Shown: positions 1 through 12,860 of the stretch, in pieces
Numbering within the stretch: the stretch's first letter is position 1
Layout of the letters: each line of letters starts with the position of its first letter
Source of the DNA: Amoebophrya sp. A120
Lineage: Eukaryota > Protista > Dinoflagellata
Assembly: GCA_905178155.1 (NCBI GenBank)
Contig: CAJINV010000016.1
Span: 1,393,386 to 1,457,385 of the forward strand
Direction of reading: 5' to 3'
Length of the DNA stretch: 64,000 nt
Position numbers and translations under genes: made by a program
Notes under the pieces: generated by a model
What the model was told of the DNA's origin: nothing
Databases searched by the model: none
The model's input: only the letters and a program-made list of their open reading frames with translations

Positions 1-1149
1 TTTTCCATCTCTTCAAAATCAATAAACAGGTTCGTTGGAGGAGGAAGGAGCAATTTGGGTAATTATTGTGAGGGTTTCGGAATGCGAATGTGGTGCTCAC
101 AGATGAGTTCCTGCATGTGCATCAATTTGGTTATTCTGTTCGAGTTCGGCTCGGGGGAGAGGTTCTCGTCACATAGAAAGCATAATAAGTGCTACCGATT
201 TTTTTCACCAAGACGCACGAAGATGGGCGCGACCGCATTTGTTGTGCAACGAAAAAATAATGAGACGGTTGTACGAAGACGGATAGTTGAATGCACTTGT
301 GATGAAAACAGAATGGAGCTGAAGTGTAAGCGACTTGTACGAAACGGCTTTGAACGACAACCACGATGAAAACGTAAGCGGCACGGCTGAAGTGGCCACG
401 ATTAGATAACCGAAAGACACGACCTCCACAGAGACCGACGCATGCTCATGCAGAAGTCCGGACAATCATCCACCGAAGTGCCATCGACATGCTGAGTCAG
501 CTGTCTGCGCGACCGATTCCGATGCTAGGCTGTGACATCAAAGCAATCGTTTCATTCTTTGACGAACCTGATGACACGAGACCAAAGAGGAGCAGGACTG
601 ACACGACACGCGTGGTCGTACAGGAGTGCTAAAGATACTGATATTCATCTCGACAAAGAAAGTTCGCGCATATCTTTTCGTAGAGAGACGATCTGTACTA
701 GTTATTTTTGTTCGTCCTTCTCGTGAAAAGCGAAAGCGGCACTGCATGTAACAAATGCTTCTATCACGCTGTGGAGGCTGCCATGGGTCACACAAAAGTG
801 GATCGGCAAGATGATATGTGTTGAAATAATTGTGGCTCTGATTCACGAAAAGGCGTAGCTGTACTCATGCAAAAGTGGTGGCGAATCTTGTATGGTGGTA
901 GGTAAGGAGGGGATCTCAACCAGCGAAACATTTATTCTGTTAGTTCAATTCTACAAAAAATCGATTTTGAAAAAAAGTCTTCTATCTCTTGATGAAGGCA
1001 TCGCTATCAACATTCTTCGAAACTGAAATTCCTCGTGTAAGCCTGTGCGAAAACTTACTTAATGCGTCGATGTTGTTTTGGTGCAAGAGCTGCAGCGTTC
1101 TTTCTCCTCTTGTGGTTTTCTTTGCCGTGTTCTTCGATTGCAACCGCCA

Positions 1150-4100
1150 TTACCCCGCCTGCGCGGTCGAGCTCGAAATCTCCGACAAATTCGATCCTTG
1201 TTTCCGGAAGGATTTCTGCCTGACACTCGTCAACCAAAATCCAAAGGACCAGGTCGCGACGTAATCCTCCCCCGCGACCTTCCAGTTCCTCTTGCACACG
1301 ATGAACGCCGACTCGTGTAACACCTCCGAGACAAACGTGTGCACGAGTTGCAGATTCGAGATGTTCCGGAGCTCCTTTTCGGAGAGCGAGTTCGGATTCA
1401 AATTTGAGGTTGCTGGTTTCTTCAAAGTATTATCGGTTTGCTGTTGAACAACCGCAGTTAGTGGCGATTTCATCACGCTTGTAGTTTTATTCCCGACAGA
1501 AGTCCGCAACACCTCGAGCTCCAGCTGTTGGCTCAAGCGGGAGAGAAATTCCGCTTTCGGTAAAATCTTGTTGTCGCACTTACACGCCGCCGCCGCGTGG
1601 TAGATCGCGGAAATGCCGACGAACAAGCCCCGGACGTCTTTTGGGAGTTTGCTGTCTTCAATCGCTTGCTTGATGATTTTCGCCCAATCGTGGAGCATCT
1701 CGGTGGTTATGAACTGCAAATAAAGTATCGCATTCGTATAATAAATGCAATTTCCTTAGCATGAGAAATAAAATTTGTAATGCTGATTCACCTTGTAATG
1801 CAAGACTTGGTTATTTTATACGAGTGCGATACTTTTGCAATGCATAGTGGTGACGGTGGAGCAGTGCTTGTCCCAGACAGGATTGCAGAGACCTGAAATT
1901 TTCATTTGTTTTTGAAACTCCGGAAGACCACATAAGACACTCCAAAGCGACAGACCATGGACAGAACAACTTCTACATGCTAAGAGCATCAAATGTAGTA
2001 AAACAATCCATTACCGTAAACCCCCTCACTCCCCGAATAACTCGTCCGGTTTCCAAACGGAATACTTCCATACGTCACTTCCGTCCTCCCCGCCTGTGGC
2101 TGACAGGTGACCTGGCAACTCCCACCACCAGCGGATAGAGTTCCGCAAAACAGCCTCGCCCGTGTCATCGCCCGGAGAAACATCGGCTCATCCAGTAACG
2201 ACTGGAGGAGAGATAAAATCAGTCTTTCTCTGTCCTTCGGCGTCGTCGGCGTTTCAAACCCTGTTTTTTCCAACGCGATCAACCACAAGTGTTCTAAATC
2301 CGACCTCTCCATTCCGAAATCCTTGAACTCGTGTAAATACTTCTCTCGCCAGAAGCTCAGCCGGTTCCTTTCCGGCCCGTCGGCGAAGATCGATTCGATG
2401 CAGGATTTGAGTTCCAGAAACGCGAAGCGCGTATCCTTTGGGCCCTTCGGAATGTTGATGAGATCCATGTCGAGGTCTCCGTTTTGGAGTAAGAATTGCG
2501 TCGCGGTCAATTCGTAAGCGGCTTCGGTTTTGGCGCCCATCCTGGTGGAGAGGAAGTCCAGGAAATTCAACCTGCCGACTAATTGGTCGATCCGGAACTC
2601 GTCGCGGAGTAACCGCTGTACCCCCTGCAGCCACTGGTCCAAATCTTCCTTCTCGTCGGGGTGGTTAAGTAAGTAGTCGCGGTTGCGGCCGGTGAAACCG
2701 ATGTAGATTCGGACGCGAGAGGAGGAGGTGGAATTCTGTTGCTGTTGACCTGTGCCAGAAAAGATCCCGGTTGGGAAGGACTGGGACTGTTCTAGAACGG
2801 AAATGGTAGGCTGTGAGTTGTGTTCTTTCGAAACAACAGCAGGCGTTTCTATCACCGCTGGTGCTAGCCCGGCTTGCGGGAAGACTGGAGGTAAAACAAT
2901 CCCCTGGCTCGATCGCTTCTGCGAGCCGCCTGGCAGCACAACAACTCCCGCTGCATTTTGAAGATTTTCCTGCTCGCTGACAGAAACGGATTCCGACGCC
3001 GAACTGTTGGCCGCTCCGGTTTGCTGCCCGATCTCCGTGGAAGTGGAATGCTCAATCTCCGGCCCATCGTCCGGGGAGTCTGCTGCGCTGGCCTCGTCTT
3101 TCGTCAAATCGACGACGAAACCCGGAACAGAGTTGCTCTTGTCATGTTGATCTTTGTTGCTGATTTTTGTCTTCGTGGAGTTGTCTTTCACGTCTTTGTC
3201 GAAATCTTCGACTGTCATAGTATCCTCTTTCGGCTTCACGACGTTGATCACTGGCAATGACGGTTCCTTCGCTATCACTTGCGACGGCCGGCTGTTCACT
3301 TTCGGCATCATCATGTTCATGCCACTGGTCATCGTCATGCTCATCAGCCCGCTCGGCTCCAATTCAAAATTCTCCATCAGCAGCTGCGCAAACTGCCTTT
3401 TTCCACTCCCCGCCTTGAAAAACGTCCGGACGAAGTCCGATTTGCTCGGGTAGCTCCATTTGGGGAAAACCTTCGACCGAACCTCCTCAGTTTCCGAATC
3501 CCGCCAAAAGACGTAAAATCCTATCTCCCCAGTCCCGACGTCCACCACATAGACCTGGTCGTGCGGATCACCTAAAGTGACTTTCTTCCGGCTCGGGTCG
3601 GAATTTTCGTCGTCCAAGTTGTCTAAATGAGAGGCGGAAGAATCCAAAAACCGTGGGTGGGTCGCACAACCTAATCCCGCGGTGTGATCCAGCGAGATGA
3701 CGGACAACCTGGAATTCTTCATCAACGCCTGCTTTTTCCGGTTGTACTCCACGTCGTCCTCTATCCTGGCGAGTTCTTTCACCGCCGCTTGCAGTTCGCA
3801 TTTGGACAAGAAGCTCTGTCTCTCTTTCGACAACACCCACTTCAGCCAGGACTGCGCAAAGTACTTGCTGAAGGGGACAATCGAAACCGCCTCCACGATG
3901 TCCTCCAAATCCCGCATTTCCTCCGGAAACAGCGCTTCGGTCCCGCAGAGAATCAACCGCTCGTGGTTCAATGAGCGGATTATGAGAGTGCACAACTCCC
4001 CCTCCCCTTCATTTGTATGGCATAAACAGCAATACAAGCGCCGGCAAGAGTACAGCTTTTGCATGGCAAATTGGCCAAGGATCTATAGTGCTGCTTGAGC

Positions 4101-7100
4101 TTCCCCCAGAACCTGTCATGCGAAAAGTGCCAAGAGGCAAAGGGAAAGGGTGGATTTGGTATTTTGCATGACAAATGAGGGGGAGGGGGAGTTGTGCACT
4201 ATCGTACGGATCTCGACTAACACGCTGGACTGGGAATTCGGCGAGTCTTCCTGGTTCACAATGACCACATCCGAGGAGCTGTCGACTTTGTTATCCTGTG
4301 CAAAAGTATCGCAGTCGTATGGCAGTCATGCATTACAAGTTTTTTTCTTAAGGTCTGTCTGCATTGCAGATTTTGTTTCTCATGCTGAGGAAATTTGTAA
4401 TGCATTTATACGAGTACGATACTTTTGCAATGCATATTTGTTCCCCACCGCCCAAACCGCGGAGGAGGAGGATTTTCTCCTTTTGATTTTCGCTGGGGAC
4501 GAGTCGGCGTTTTTCTTCTTGCTCTTTGATTTCTTCTCGGGCGTCTCATTATTTCCGGTTGACAGATACCCGGTCGCCAACGACGTCAAGCTGCGCTGGA
4601 AGAACCCTTGTTTATCAAATGTAAAAATGTCTGGGTCTGGAAGAGTCATGCTGTTTTTGCATGACACAGAAGGTCTGGCATGAAAGCTCTAGCATCACAG
4701 GTTTCAAGAACCTCCCGCAATGCCGAATCCGCATGACAAGTCCCCTATTTTGCTGACAAAAAGTGGGAGCTTTTGCTACGTATGCATGAGAGGCTTTTCT
4801 GTGTTCTGAAATACGCATTACAAGTTGCATTCTTCCAGACCCAGACATTTTTACATTTGATACTGTTGACTAGGCCTAGATTTGTTCTTCTCCTTCCGCC
4901 GATAGTCCGCTTCCTCCGCCGGGTTCAGCATTCGAATTGCGTCTCCCGGCATTACTTCCAGACCGTTGGATATCCAATAAAAAAACTGTGTTAGTGTAAC
5001 TTTCTTTGGCTGACAGCATCACAAGTTTGCTCTACATGACAGAGAAAACCTGTTATGCATGGCTTGTAAGGGAAAACAAAGCTGAAAAGAGGACTTCGTG
5101 GTTGTCTGGCATGACAGATGTAACTCTGTTGCATGTTCTGCATTACAAAGTTACACTCACACAGTTTTTTTCTTGCATATTGGAGAAGTGCAACGCCTGC
5201 GGGCTGTTCCACGTGTACCATTCTAGGTTGTTCGAAATTCTGTCAGTATTATCCATCGTCCCCATCGCGTTTGCAACAGCGCCGGAAAGCTGATACTTAC
5301 TGGAAGTAGACATGAAGTTGTTGTTATTTTCTTCTTCCGCTGATTCTGGTAAATCGTCAAAAGTGACGTCGTTTGTCAAGCTGTTCATCCCGTGATTCAT
5401 TGAGGAACTCCCGCTGTTATTGTAGTTCTGCTCCGTTCGTTTCACAAAATCCGGTCTCACCCGCAACATTTGCGCGTCGACCGCGGAGATTTCGCAAATC
5501 TGCCTTCGCCAGATCTTCTTGTCGAACCCCTCGAACGTCTGGCACATCCGGACACAGTGGTCAGACATCCGGGTAAAAGACTCCCACTCAAACTCGTGCA
5601 GACTCCTATGCACCCGCAAGACCTCCCGGATCCGGTAAAACTGGCCCCAGAAGAGCAAGACTAGAGAGACGAGCACCACTGCTGTTACAACGGAGACGAA
5701 ACAAAGACAGTCGATGTTCGATGCGCCGCAGAACCCGACTCGGCACAATTCCGGCGGATCCGGCAAGGGTGCGTCGTTGTTGTAGGGGTCGGAGAAGTAT
5801 TTCGGGAATGCGCCGATGCAGGTTTGGAACACGATGACGTTTTCAATCCCGACCAAAGCAACGATCGCCACCATGATTCTCTCGTACTGATCGTGCAACG
5901 TCGGGTACGGTAAAGATTCGATCACCGAGGGCCGCTCGATTGTGAACGCGACTAGGGTCAAGATCACTGTCAACGTGATCGACAACCGGTTCGGCAAAGT
6001 ATCGGACCCGGCGTCATAGCTGAAGGGGACGTAGAGGGAAAACGCGGCGGAGACGACCTGCAGCCCCTGGATCAGGAAGTCAAACCAGTACCGTTTCCAC
6101 CGTCTGGTGAGCAAAATGTCGAATTGGTACGCGATGTCCTCGCAGTCACACCCGCCAAAACCCGTCACACACATCTCGCCGAGCGTCATCGCGTTGGACG
6201 GCCAGGAATGGGGGGAAATTTTCCGGCTCCACTTCGCGGTGTACTTTGAGGAGTTATTGTTCGAGCTGCTATTTTTGTACGCGACGCGGAGTAGCGGGTC
6301 GATTAATTTCACTCGTCTTCTCCTCCCCATGGAAGTCGTTCCTTTGAGGAAGTCAGAAACCAGCCTGATCCGGAGTTTCAGCACGTCGAGTGGGAACCAA
6401 GCGGCGTCAATGTCCATGCAGACCAGCGTGCCCTTGAAGCGGAGACACTTGGAGAGCCAGGGAACCTCGCAGTTACCCTGGAGACCGTTGGGTTTGGTGG
6501 TGGAGAGGAGACGCTTGATTTTCGGGAACCTGATGAAGGGGATTTGTTTGCGAAGTTGTCATGCACGGCTATGCAACACAGATTGCCTTGCGTTTGCGAA
6601 TGCGATGCAGATAAAATTGACAAACAATAACATCATCAAGTTGAAATACTTATCCGAGTCGCCGTCAATCAACTCAATCGCCACGCCGTTATCCACTCGG
6701 ACCGTCGGATTGAAGAAATCCGGGTCGTGTAACACGGATTCCAGCAAGTGAAACCGCCCGTTTCTCGTGTCATACCCAAAGTGTTCGTTCTCCACCAGTT
6801 GGAAGTCGAGCCAGTCGAGAATCACGACGAAATCCAAGTCAAAGGAGGAAAGCGCTAGATTTAAGCCAGAACAATCCAGCACGTGCACCGTCACCTCCAC
6901 CTCCGGCCACTCGTCCGTGTAGTCGAAGTGCTGGTGGCCCATTTGGAGGTAGGAGTTCGGGTTTTGCGGAAGACAACTGTTGTTCATCGGGTTGGAATCT
7001 TTCAGACTGGAGGTGGTGCGGTCGAGTTGATAGTTCGTCGGGTCTTGATGTTGGTCGTGCTGGGGAAGTGGTCCTCTTGCGGAGGCTTGTGATGTTTGGT

Positions 7101-7185
7101 TGACCACATCGTTGGCGGAGCGGGCCTTGGCGATCCGGTGCGTGTGCACCTTCGGGATCAGCCGGGGGCCGCCGCCGGCTGTCAT
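1150..7185 (-). CDS. Pentameric ligand-gated ion channel (Pro-loop/GABA-A/GLIC-like) fused to a C-terminal GDA1/CD39 NTPDase-like (ASKHA) domain; 8 exons, about 1599 aa
   Basis: ORFs 6559-7233, 5143-6417, 4380-4667, 1989-4064 and 1150-1719 join in frame after removing 2 GT-AG introns (6530-6649, 1893-2014) and 5 introners plus one TSD each, giving 4800 nt. pLGIC motifs: FDLDFVVILDWLD, FFNPTVRVDN, RFKGTL..D...FPLD, LTRRWKRYWFD, NRLSITLTVILTLVAF, LPYPTLHD, four TM helices. Apyrase-like motifs: DVGTG, FTGRNR, TEAAYE, SAGGGSCQ, ATWSFG. Start codon uncertain. Confidence 0.75.
1708..1846. mobile_element. Introner, TIR family A (TGCAAAAGTATCGCACTCGTA)
   Basis: Imperfect TIR tatgaactgcaaataaagtatcgcattcgtata / tatacgagtgcgatacttttgcaatgcata; TSD GTGGT; removal gives VTTEM in frame. 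Confidence 0.9.
3981..4206. mobile_element. Introner, TIR family C
   Basis: TIR tatgagagtgcacaactccccctccccttcatttgt / acaaatgagggggagggggagttgtgcactatcgta; TSD CGGAT; removal gives EIRSLNH. Confidence 0.92.
4292..4436. mobile_element. Introner, TIR family A (opposite orientation to the 1708 copy)
   Basis: tatcctgtgcaaaagtatcg ... cgatacttttgcaatgcata; TSD TTTGT; removal gives GNKVDS. Confidence 0.92.
4613..4862. mobile_element. Introner, TIR family B (TATCAAATGTAAAAATGTCTGGGTCTGGAA)
   Basis: Perfect TIR of about 30 bp; TSD TTGTT/CTGTT; removal gives SQQGFFQ. Confidence 0.93.
4971..5179. mobile_element. Introner, TIR family D
   Basis: tatccaataaaaaaactgtgttagtgtaacttt / aaagttacactcacacagtttttttcttgcata; TSD TTGGA; removal gives FSNGLE. 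Confidence 0.9.
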
Positions 7186-7380
7186 GGTTTGTGATGCGTG
7201 TTTATCTTTTTTGTTCGGGCTGCTAGGGAACACACTAAAAGACCCTGCTACATGGGTACAGATATACTACCTAGTACCCGACTCGTGGTCGTGCTCGTCT
7301 GGCATACGACCTTACCTGACCTTGTTGTAGCCCGATCGGATACCGATCCTGAGTCCTTCACTCCATAAAAATGTTTATAT

Positions 7381-7399
7381 CATCATCATCATCATCATC
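7381..7399. repeat. (CAT)6 microsatellite
   Basis: catcatcatcatcatcatc. Confidence 0.8.
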
Positions 7400-7689
7400 T
7401 TTCCTGCACTGGGGGGGCGTGCATTTTTTCATCATTTCCGGAGGTTACTATGGATGTCATGCGATGCAAGGATTTCGCCACTGAAGCAAGGACGGCCGAG
7501 AATGTATCGGCTTGGGCTTGCCGCCTCTCAGGAACACCTTCTGCGAAGTGGAAAGGGCCGCCTAGCCGGTTCCACCTGCGCAGGAAGACATAACAAAATG
7601 ATAGGCCCATCCAAAAGGTAATCATGGCTGCCACCTGCAGGTCATACACCATCCAACTCTGAGACGGCTTCCAGCCCTACTACGGGGGC

Positions 7690-8520
7690 CGGGTTCAATG
7701 ATACAGAAGGTCGAGGCCGGCCCGCCACACGCCCGCTTCCACTACTTTCTCAGGCGGGCGTCCGACACAAACACCTCGAAGAGCGGCGCAACGACCTCGA
7801 ACGCTGCGGCGCGCGCCAGAAATTTCTTATGCGACAAGCAGGCCCCACGGACACACCGAAGTCGAGGCGGCCCAAACAATAAGCGGCATGGCGGAGGTGG
7901 GCTCGCTGGCAAAATGAAAGAACATGCGACCGGCAGGCAGGGGGCACATACTGTCTGACAACAACGCCAGGCGCCAACCGGTTGGGCCAGCCACCACCCA
8001 AAACCAGGCGCGCCAGCCCCTGCCCCGGGGCGCGCGGTGGGCTGCGGCTGGTAGGAAGAAGGGCGGAAATAGGCGACCGAGGCAAGGCAACCACATGACC
8101 CACCCGGGGCGGGCGCCCCCGCGGCGCGGGGGCGGCACACGGCTACCACATAGGCAGCGCAGGGCCACCAACGCAGGCGGGGGCCCGCCGAGCGAAGCAC
8201 GGAAAGGCGGCGCGCCCTTGCTTTTCGTCTTCTCGTCCGAATTCCACCCCTCGGGAATATCTGTGGCGCGCTGAAAGAAGCGCTCGCTCCGCATCCATTC
8301 GCGGTCTCGATTGTCACCGGCGTCCGCCTGGCGGCAGCTCTGCGCCACGGTGCGCCAGCCTGCCAAGCTACACACCGCCGGAAGGGCGACCACGCCTGGC
8401 CCCGATACCGCTAGGCGCTGCATGCGCGGCAGCCCGGAGCGCACTCGCAACGGGCGGGGGCCCGGGCGCCACCGCTCACGACGCTCGCACTTCTCCGGAC
8501 GGCACACACAGCGGCAAAAC
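7690..8520. other. GC-rich intergenic island
   Basis: Abrupt rise in GC with gggccc/ggcgcg runs; ORFs in all frames are R/G/A/P-rich with no recognisable domain. Confidence 0.6.
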
Positions 8521-8823
8521 TTACAGAAAAGCCACGCGCGCTCAGCAGCTTTTCTCTTTCGAATATTGGTCCAGGCCCTCTCAATTTTGTACTGGCTTAC
8601 AGTACGCTCGGCCACAAGAAGATGGAGAAGAAACATCCTAAAAGTAAAACGTCACGCAAATTAGAACAGCAGCAGCAGGTGGGTCATGACGGTCTACGCG
8701 TCTTGCAGTTGGAGTTGCAAGGTCCTTGCCGGTCTTCATTCCGTTCTACTTTTTCTTTTCTGTAATAGTACCCACGGCAACGGCTCAACATAAAGTTGCA
8801 ATAGGAACACTTCATCGCCGTCC

Positions 8824-11690
8824 TCATGATTTACTTCCCATCACATTGAACGCCGCATACACATCCCCACCACCATTTCCATTCATCCCCCTCGTCCCAC
8901 CCGACCTCACACTGTCCTTCGAATCCCGCGGCCCGCCGTACGCACTCGGCGACTTGCTGTTGTTGTTTGTATTGGGTGCCGCCCAGAGGAATCCCCTGGC
9001 GCGCAGCTCCTGGCGGATCCGCTTCATGTCCGGACTTGAAGATCCACCACCAGGTGAACCGTTTGGATTTGTCCCCGCTCCTGCACTGTTCCCATTATGA
9101 AACGCCGCGTGTAGGTCTTCAAAGTCCTTCCACAAAACCACCTCTACTCCGTTTTCCGGTATCAAATTTTGCAGGTTCAACATGATCGGCCGGGGCCTGT
9201 GGTAAACAAAATTGTTGCCGTTGTTGTAGCTCCAGTTCGCTCCGTGGTGATTGTTAATGTTGTAGCCAGGTGGACCACCTGAGCTCGACGAACTCATGGC
9301 TCTTTGTTGGTTGTAGAAGTGGTTGTTGAAATTCGTATTCCAATTTGAACCTCCTCCACCATGTGCCGATGTTGATGAATGCTGTTGCGCCAGCGGTAAT
9401 CCTAGCCCAGGCGGTGGTATGCTCAGGTCGTTCTCATTTGCCGCGAAAGATTTCGGGACGAACGGCTCTGCGATGGCACGGAGCTGGTGCTGTGGGATGG
9501 TGATGTTGGGCCAGGGATCAGACGCCGGGACGAAATCTGGGATCGCGGATGGCTGCTGCCAGTCTGGAAAAGAATCCGCTGCGGTGTAGGGGTCCTCCGC
9601 AACGTTTTGTTGAGCAGCATGGCTACCGACGCCATCGTAGTTGTTCGCTGCAGCAGTCGCCGTATTTCCAGTACTCCAATCCGCGCCATGACCTACTGCT
9701 CCCCCCGTCGCAGAAGTTGACTGCTGCTGTTCCACCACGCCCTCCAAGCCCGGCGGCCCCGCGATCACCTCTTGCGGTCCGACACGGAGGACGGAAGAAC
9801 TGCTATCCCCATTTCCCTTCGACAAAACAACCACATCGTAGGACAAGCACCCGGCTGGATTCTGTAGCCCGGTCGTCAGATTGTCGTAGACGATGTTGCA
9901 CACAACGCCCTTCAACCCATTGTAGGGCGAAATCACGTTCTGGAGCTCTACGATCTGGCCGATGAGGAATTCATTTTTCAAAAGTGGCACGACAACCGGA
10001 GGTGGCTGGACGACAGGTTGTTGCGGGAGAGAAGCTGCTCCTGCTGCTGTGTCTTGGGAGTTCGTCCGATCTGGCGGCACGAATTCCTGCGCGGCGGGGT
10101 TCAGATCGTTGGTATCGGTCCGGTCGAAGGAACCAGGACTGATGTCGAGTTCCGGAACACCGATTTTGGTGTTTAGCCTGTGAGAATGAATTGATAATTT
10201 GTGATGGTGATATCCGACGACGCAAAGTTGGGTCATGCTGCAGCGAGAACGACACGTTGGAAACACATTAAAATGTCAAAGTCTCACGCTAACCGTGCTT
10301 CATCCGCACAAATACCTCATCACCCCGACCCCGCTGTCGAATCCGTCCCAGGTCTGGAAAAATTCCGACGGCGGATTTCTCATTTCTCCAGTTGTCAGCT
10401 CGCTGTCACTCCTTTTCACGCGATAGGATTTTGTCGACTTCGGCGTGGCTCCATCCTTCACGGAACTTCCCGATCTGCCCCGGGTGGAGAGCCATATCCG
10501 CTTCTTTTTCTCCTCATTACACTTTTGCAGGAACAGCCCCGCAGGCATGGATTTGGAGACATCCACGGGATCGGCAGGACTTATTGCACCACCAGGAGCT
10601 CCGTTTTGTGAAGTAGAGCCACCCCCATCTGCCCCCTTTGGCGAACTGGCGGAAGAACTGGACTTGTTGCCGCTCATGGAGAGCATCACGTTTGTGATCT
10701 CGTTGATGTGGATGAAGGTGTTCTTGATTGTGACTTTACTATTCCAACCGCTCCTGTTCATCAGGTTCAGCTGCCGTTCCATTGCAATTGGACTGGAAGG
10801 CAGCGACATCTGGAGTTTGGAGTCGGATTGGATCGTCGAGGTTTGCAGCGTCTGCTCGTCGTCCAAAAGCACGGCTTCCTGCAACTTCGCGCGCCGCAGC
10901 TCCACCGTCGGGCTCGTGCGAATCTCCAGAGAAGCAGTGTCCGTTGGGTTGTAGGTCTGATAGATTGATTTTGATTCTCGAGGAGGTCCTACGTGGAGGT
11001 GAGCCACTTGAACCTTGGCTCATTCAAATTCTGCATGAGACAGGTTTCCATCACCATCTCCATCTTTTCGCTCTTTATGAATCATGAAAAGGTCGCCCAT
11101 GACACAGTCATACTCACCTGTTGGTCGGCGCCACCTCCGGGCGGAGCTGGTGATGCTGTATTTGGTGAGGATCCACCTCCGGCACCTGCTTCGTATCAAA
11201 TGTAAAACAAAGTGTCTGGGTCTGGAAGAGTATAGACTTGTCATGCAGATTTTCCATGACCCATGAGGTCTGCGTCTGGAATGCGGGACTTAGCATGACA
11301 GACTCTGCGAGGCCTCTGCCATGCCTATTCTGCATGAGAGACTCCGTTCCAACGTGGTCAAAAGTGGACAGCTTTTGGCACTCATGCAACACAGATTTTT
11401 GCATGCTTCAGATTTACCATGACACGTTGCAATCTTCCAGACGCAGACTACACTTTTGCAATTCATACTTCGCGACCCGTGTCAACATCCTGCTTCCGCA
11501 ACACGTGTATTGTCCTCTCCGCCCCAACACCATAGCTTTCCGCTTTTAAAGTTGCGGAGAAATTCTCCTCCACAAACACCCGCAGCTGCTTCCGGTCGTC
11601 GGGGGAAAGCGTTGCGGGTAAGCTCAGGATGGCACCGAGCCTTTTTTTCTCCGCGAACTGCGAGATCTGTTCGAGGAGACCGTCCATCAT
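8824..11690 (-). CDS. R3H-like domain protein with an IKNTF motif and long low-complexity regions
   Basis: N-terminal LSLPATLSPDDRKQLRVFVE...SYGVGAERTIHV resembles R3H but lacks the His. Exons join across introner 11194-11467 and two GT-AG introns (about 11014-11117 and 10177-10314). Contains KVTIKNTFIHI. 3' end uncertain. Confidence 0.65.
11194..11467. mobile_element. Introner, TIR family B
   Basis: tatcaaatgtaaaacaaagtgtctgggtctggaag ... cttccagacgcagactacacttttgcaattcata; TSD CTTCG. Confidence 0.9.
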
Positions 11691-12029
11691 AATACTTGGG
11701 ATCAGGATGGTGGAAGAAGAGGAAGAAGAACAAGAACTTTTCAACAGAGCATGAGACTGGAACTATATGTGATGTCACTTCTCGTTCTCACTCAAAGCGG
11801 CGTGCGATGTTGGGTGCGAAGTAAGCTACTTACTCAACACTAGAAAGCTGCAATCCACCAGCTGCTGACAGTGAAACAGCTGCAATCAACCAGCTGGGTG
11901 AGTCAGTGCCGCAGAGAACTGCTGCCACAAACCAACACCGCTACTTCCGTACGACAACACCCATCTCCTCGCGGTGGACACACTCACTGCTTACACATAC
12001 GACCCACCACGGCCTTTTCTCTCGGCTCA

Positions 12030-12860
12030 CATTCCGGCGCGCGCGCGCCCTCATATTGCATAAGAAAATAACTGCGCATGGGGCTGCAGACGACGCCCAG
12101 GGGCCCGCGCCACACGGGTTAGGGCGCAGCAACAAGCGCTGCGGTATTACGCGCTACACCCCCCGGCGGGCGCCCGTCTGGGCTTGCCACAAAAAGCCAC
12201 CAAAGCCTGCGCAGAAGGGGGCCGGGACGGAGCCCAGGGGGCAAGGCGCGCGAACAGGGCCGCCGGGCAACCAATGGGGCCGACAACAAGCAACGCCGGC
12301 AAAACATGGCGAAAGCGGCCCGCCTTTCTGGCCGCCCGCGCTTCGCCGGCTGGCTTGGCGGGTCGGAGCGGAAAAACAGCGACCAGCAACCGGCCGCGGC
12401 TGTGGCCTTACTGCGAGAAGCATAGACACAGAGGCGCGGCGCTTTCTTGTAGATGCGCCGGCGCTGCGTGGCTCTTCTTATAGATAGGAGGGCTTTGCCG
12501 GCCCGGCCCACCACCGACGAAACTCGTCGGCGCCATTTTCGTCTTCCGTATCAGAGAAGACGCCATCGACATTCTCAACGTCCGAAGCGCCCTCGGGGAC
12601 GGCGATGTCCCGAGGCGTGAGGTTGGTCTTAGCGTTCGGGCCCCGCTCGAAAATGTGCTGCAGTAAGGTGACGCTCGGGCGTTTTTTCGAACACGCGGGC
12701 CCAACACATGCTGCGAAGGAGACGCGTGCCACGCTGCTCCACGAAATTGGTGCCGCGCGAATTGGTTTCCCCGGTCGGCGATCACGCCCTAGGCAACCGA
12801 GCCCATCGAGACAATGGAGGAGCGCGGGCGGATCATTCGGAACAAGCTCCACCCAGCCAC
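12030..12860. other. GC-rich intergenic island
   Basis: Same character as 7690-8520. Confidence 0.55.

Noticed and set aside
1-1000. Gene at the window start
   Set aside because: No consistent frame or recognisable product
7698-8664. Overlapping ORFs in the GC islands (also 11.9-12.9, 27-28.7 and 62.2-63.8 kb)
   Set aside because: Stop-poor GC sequence with no domain signal
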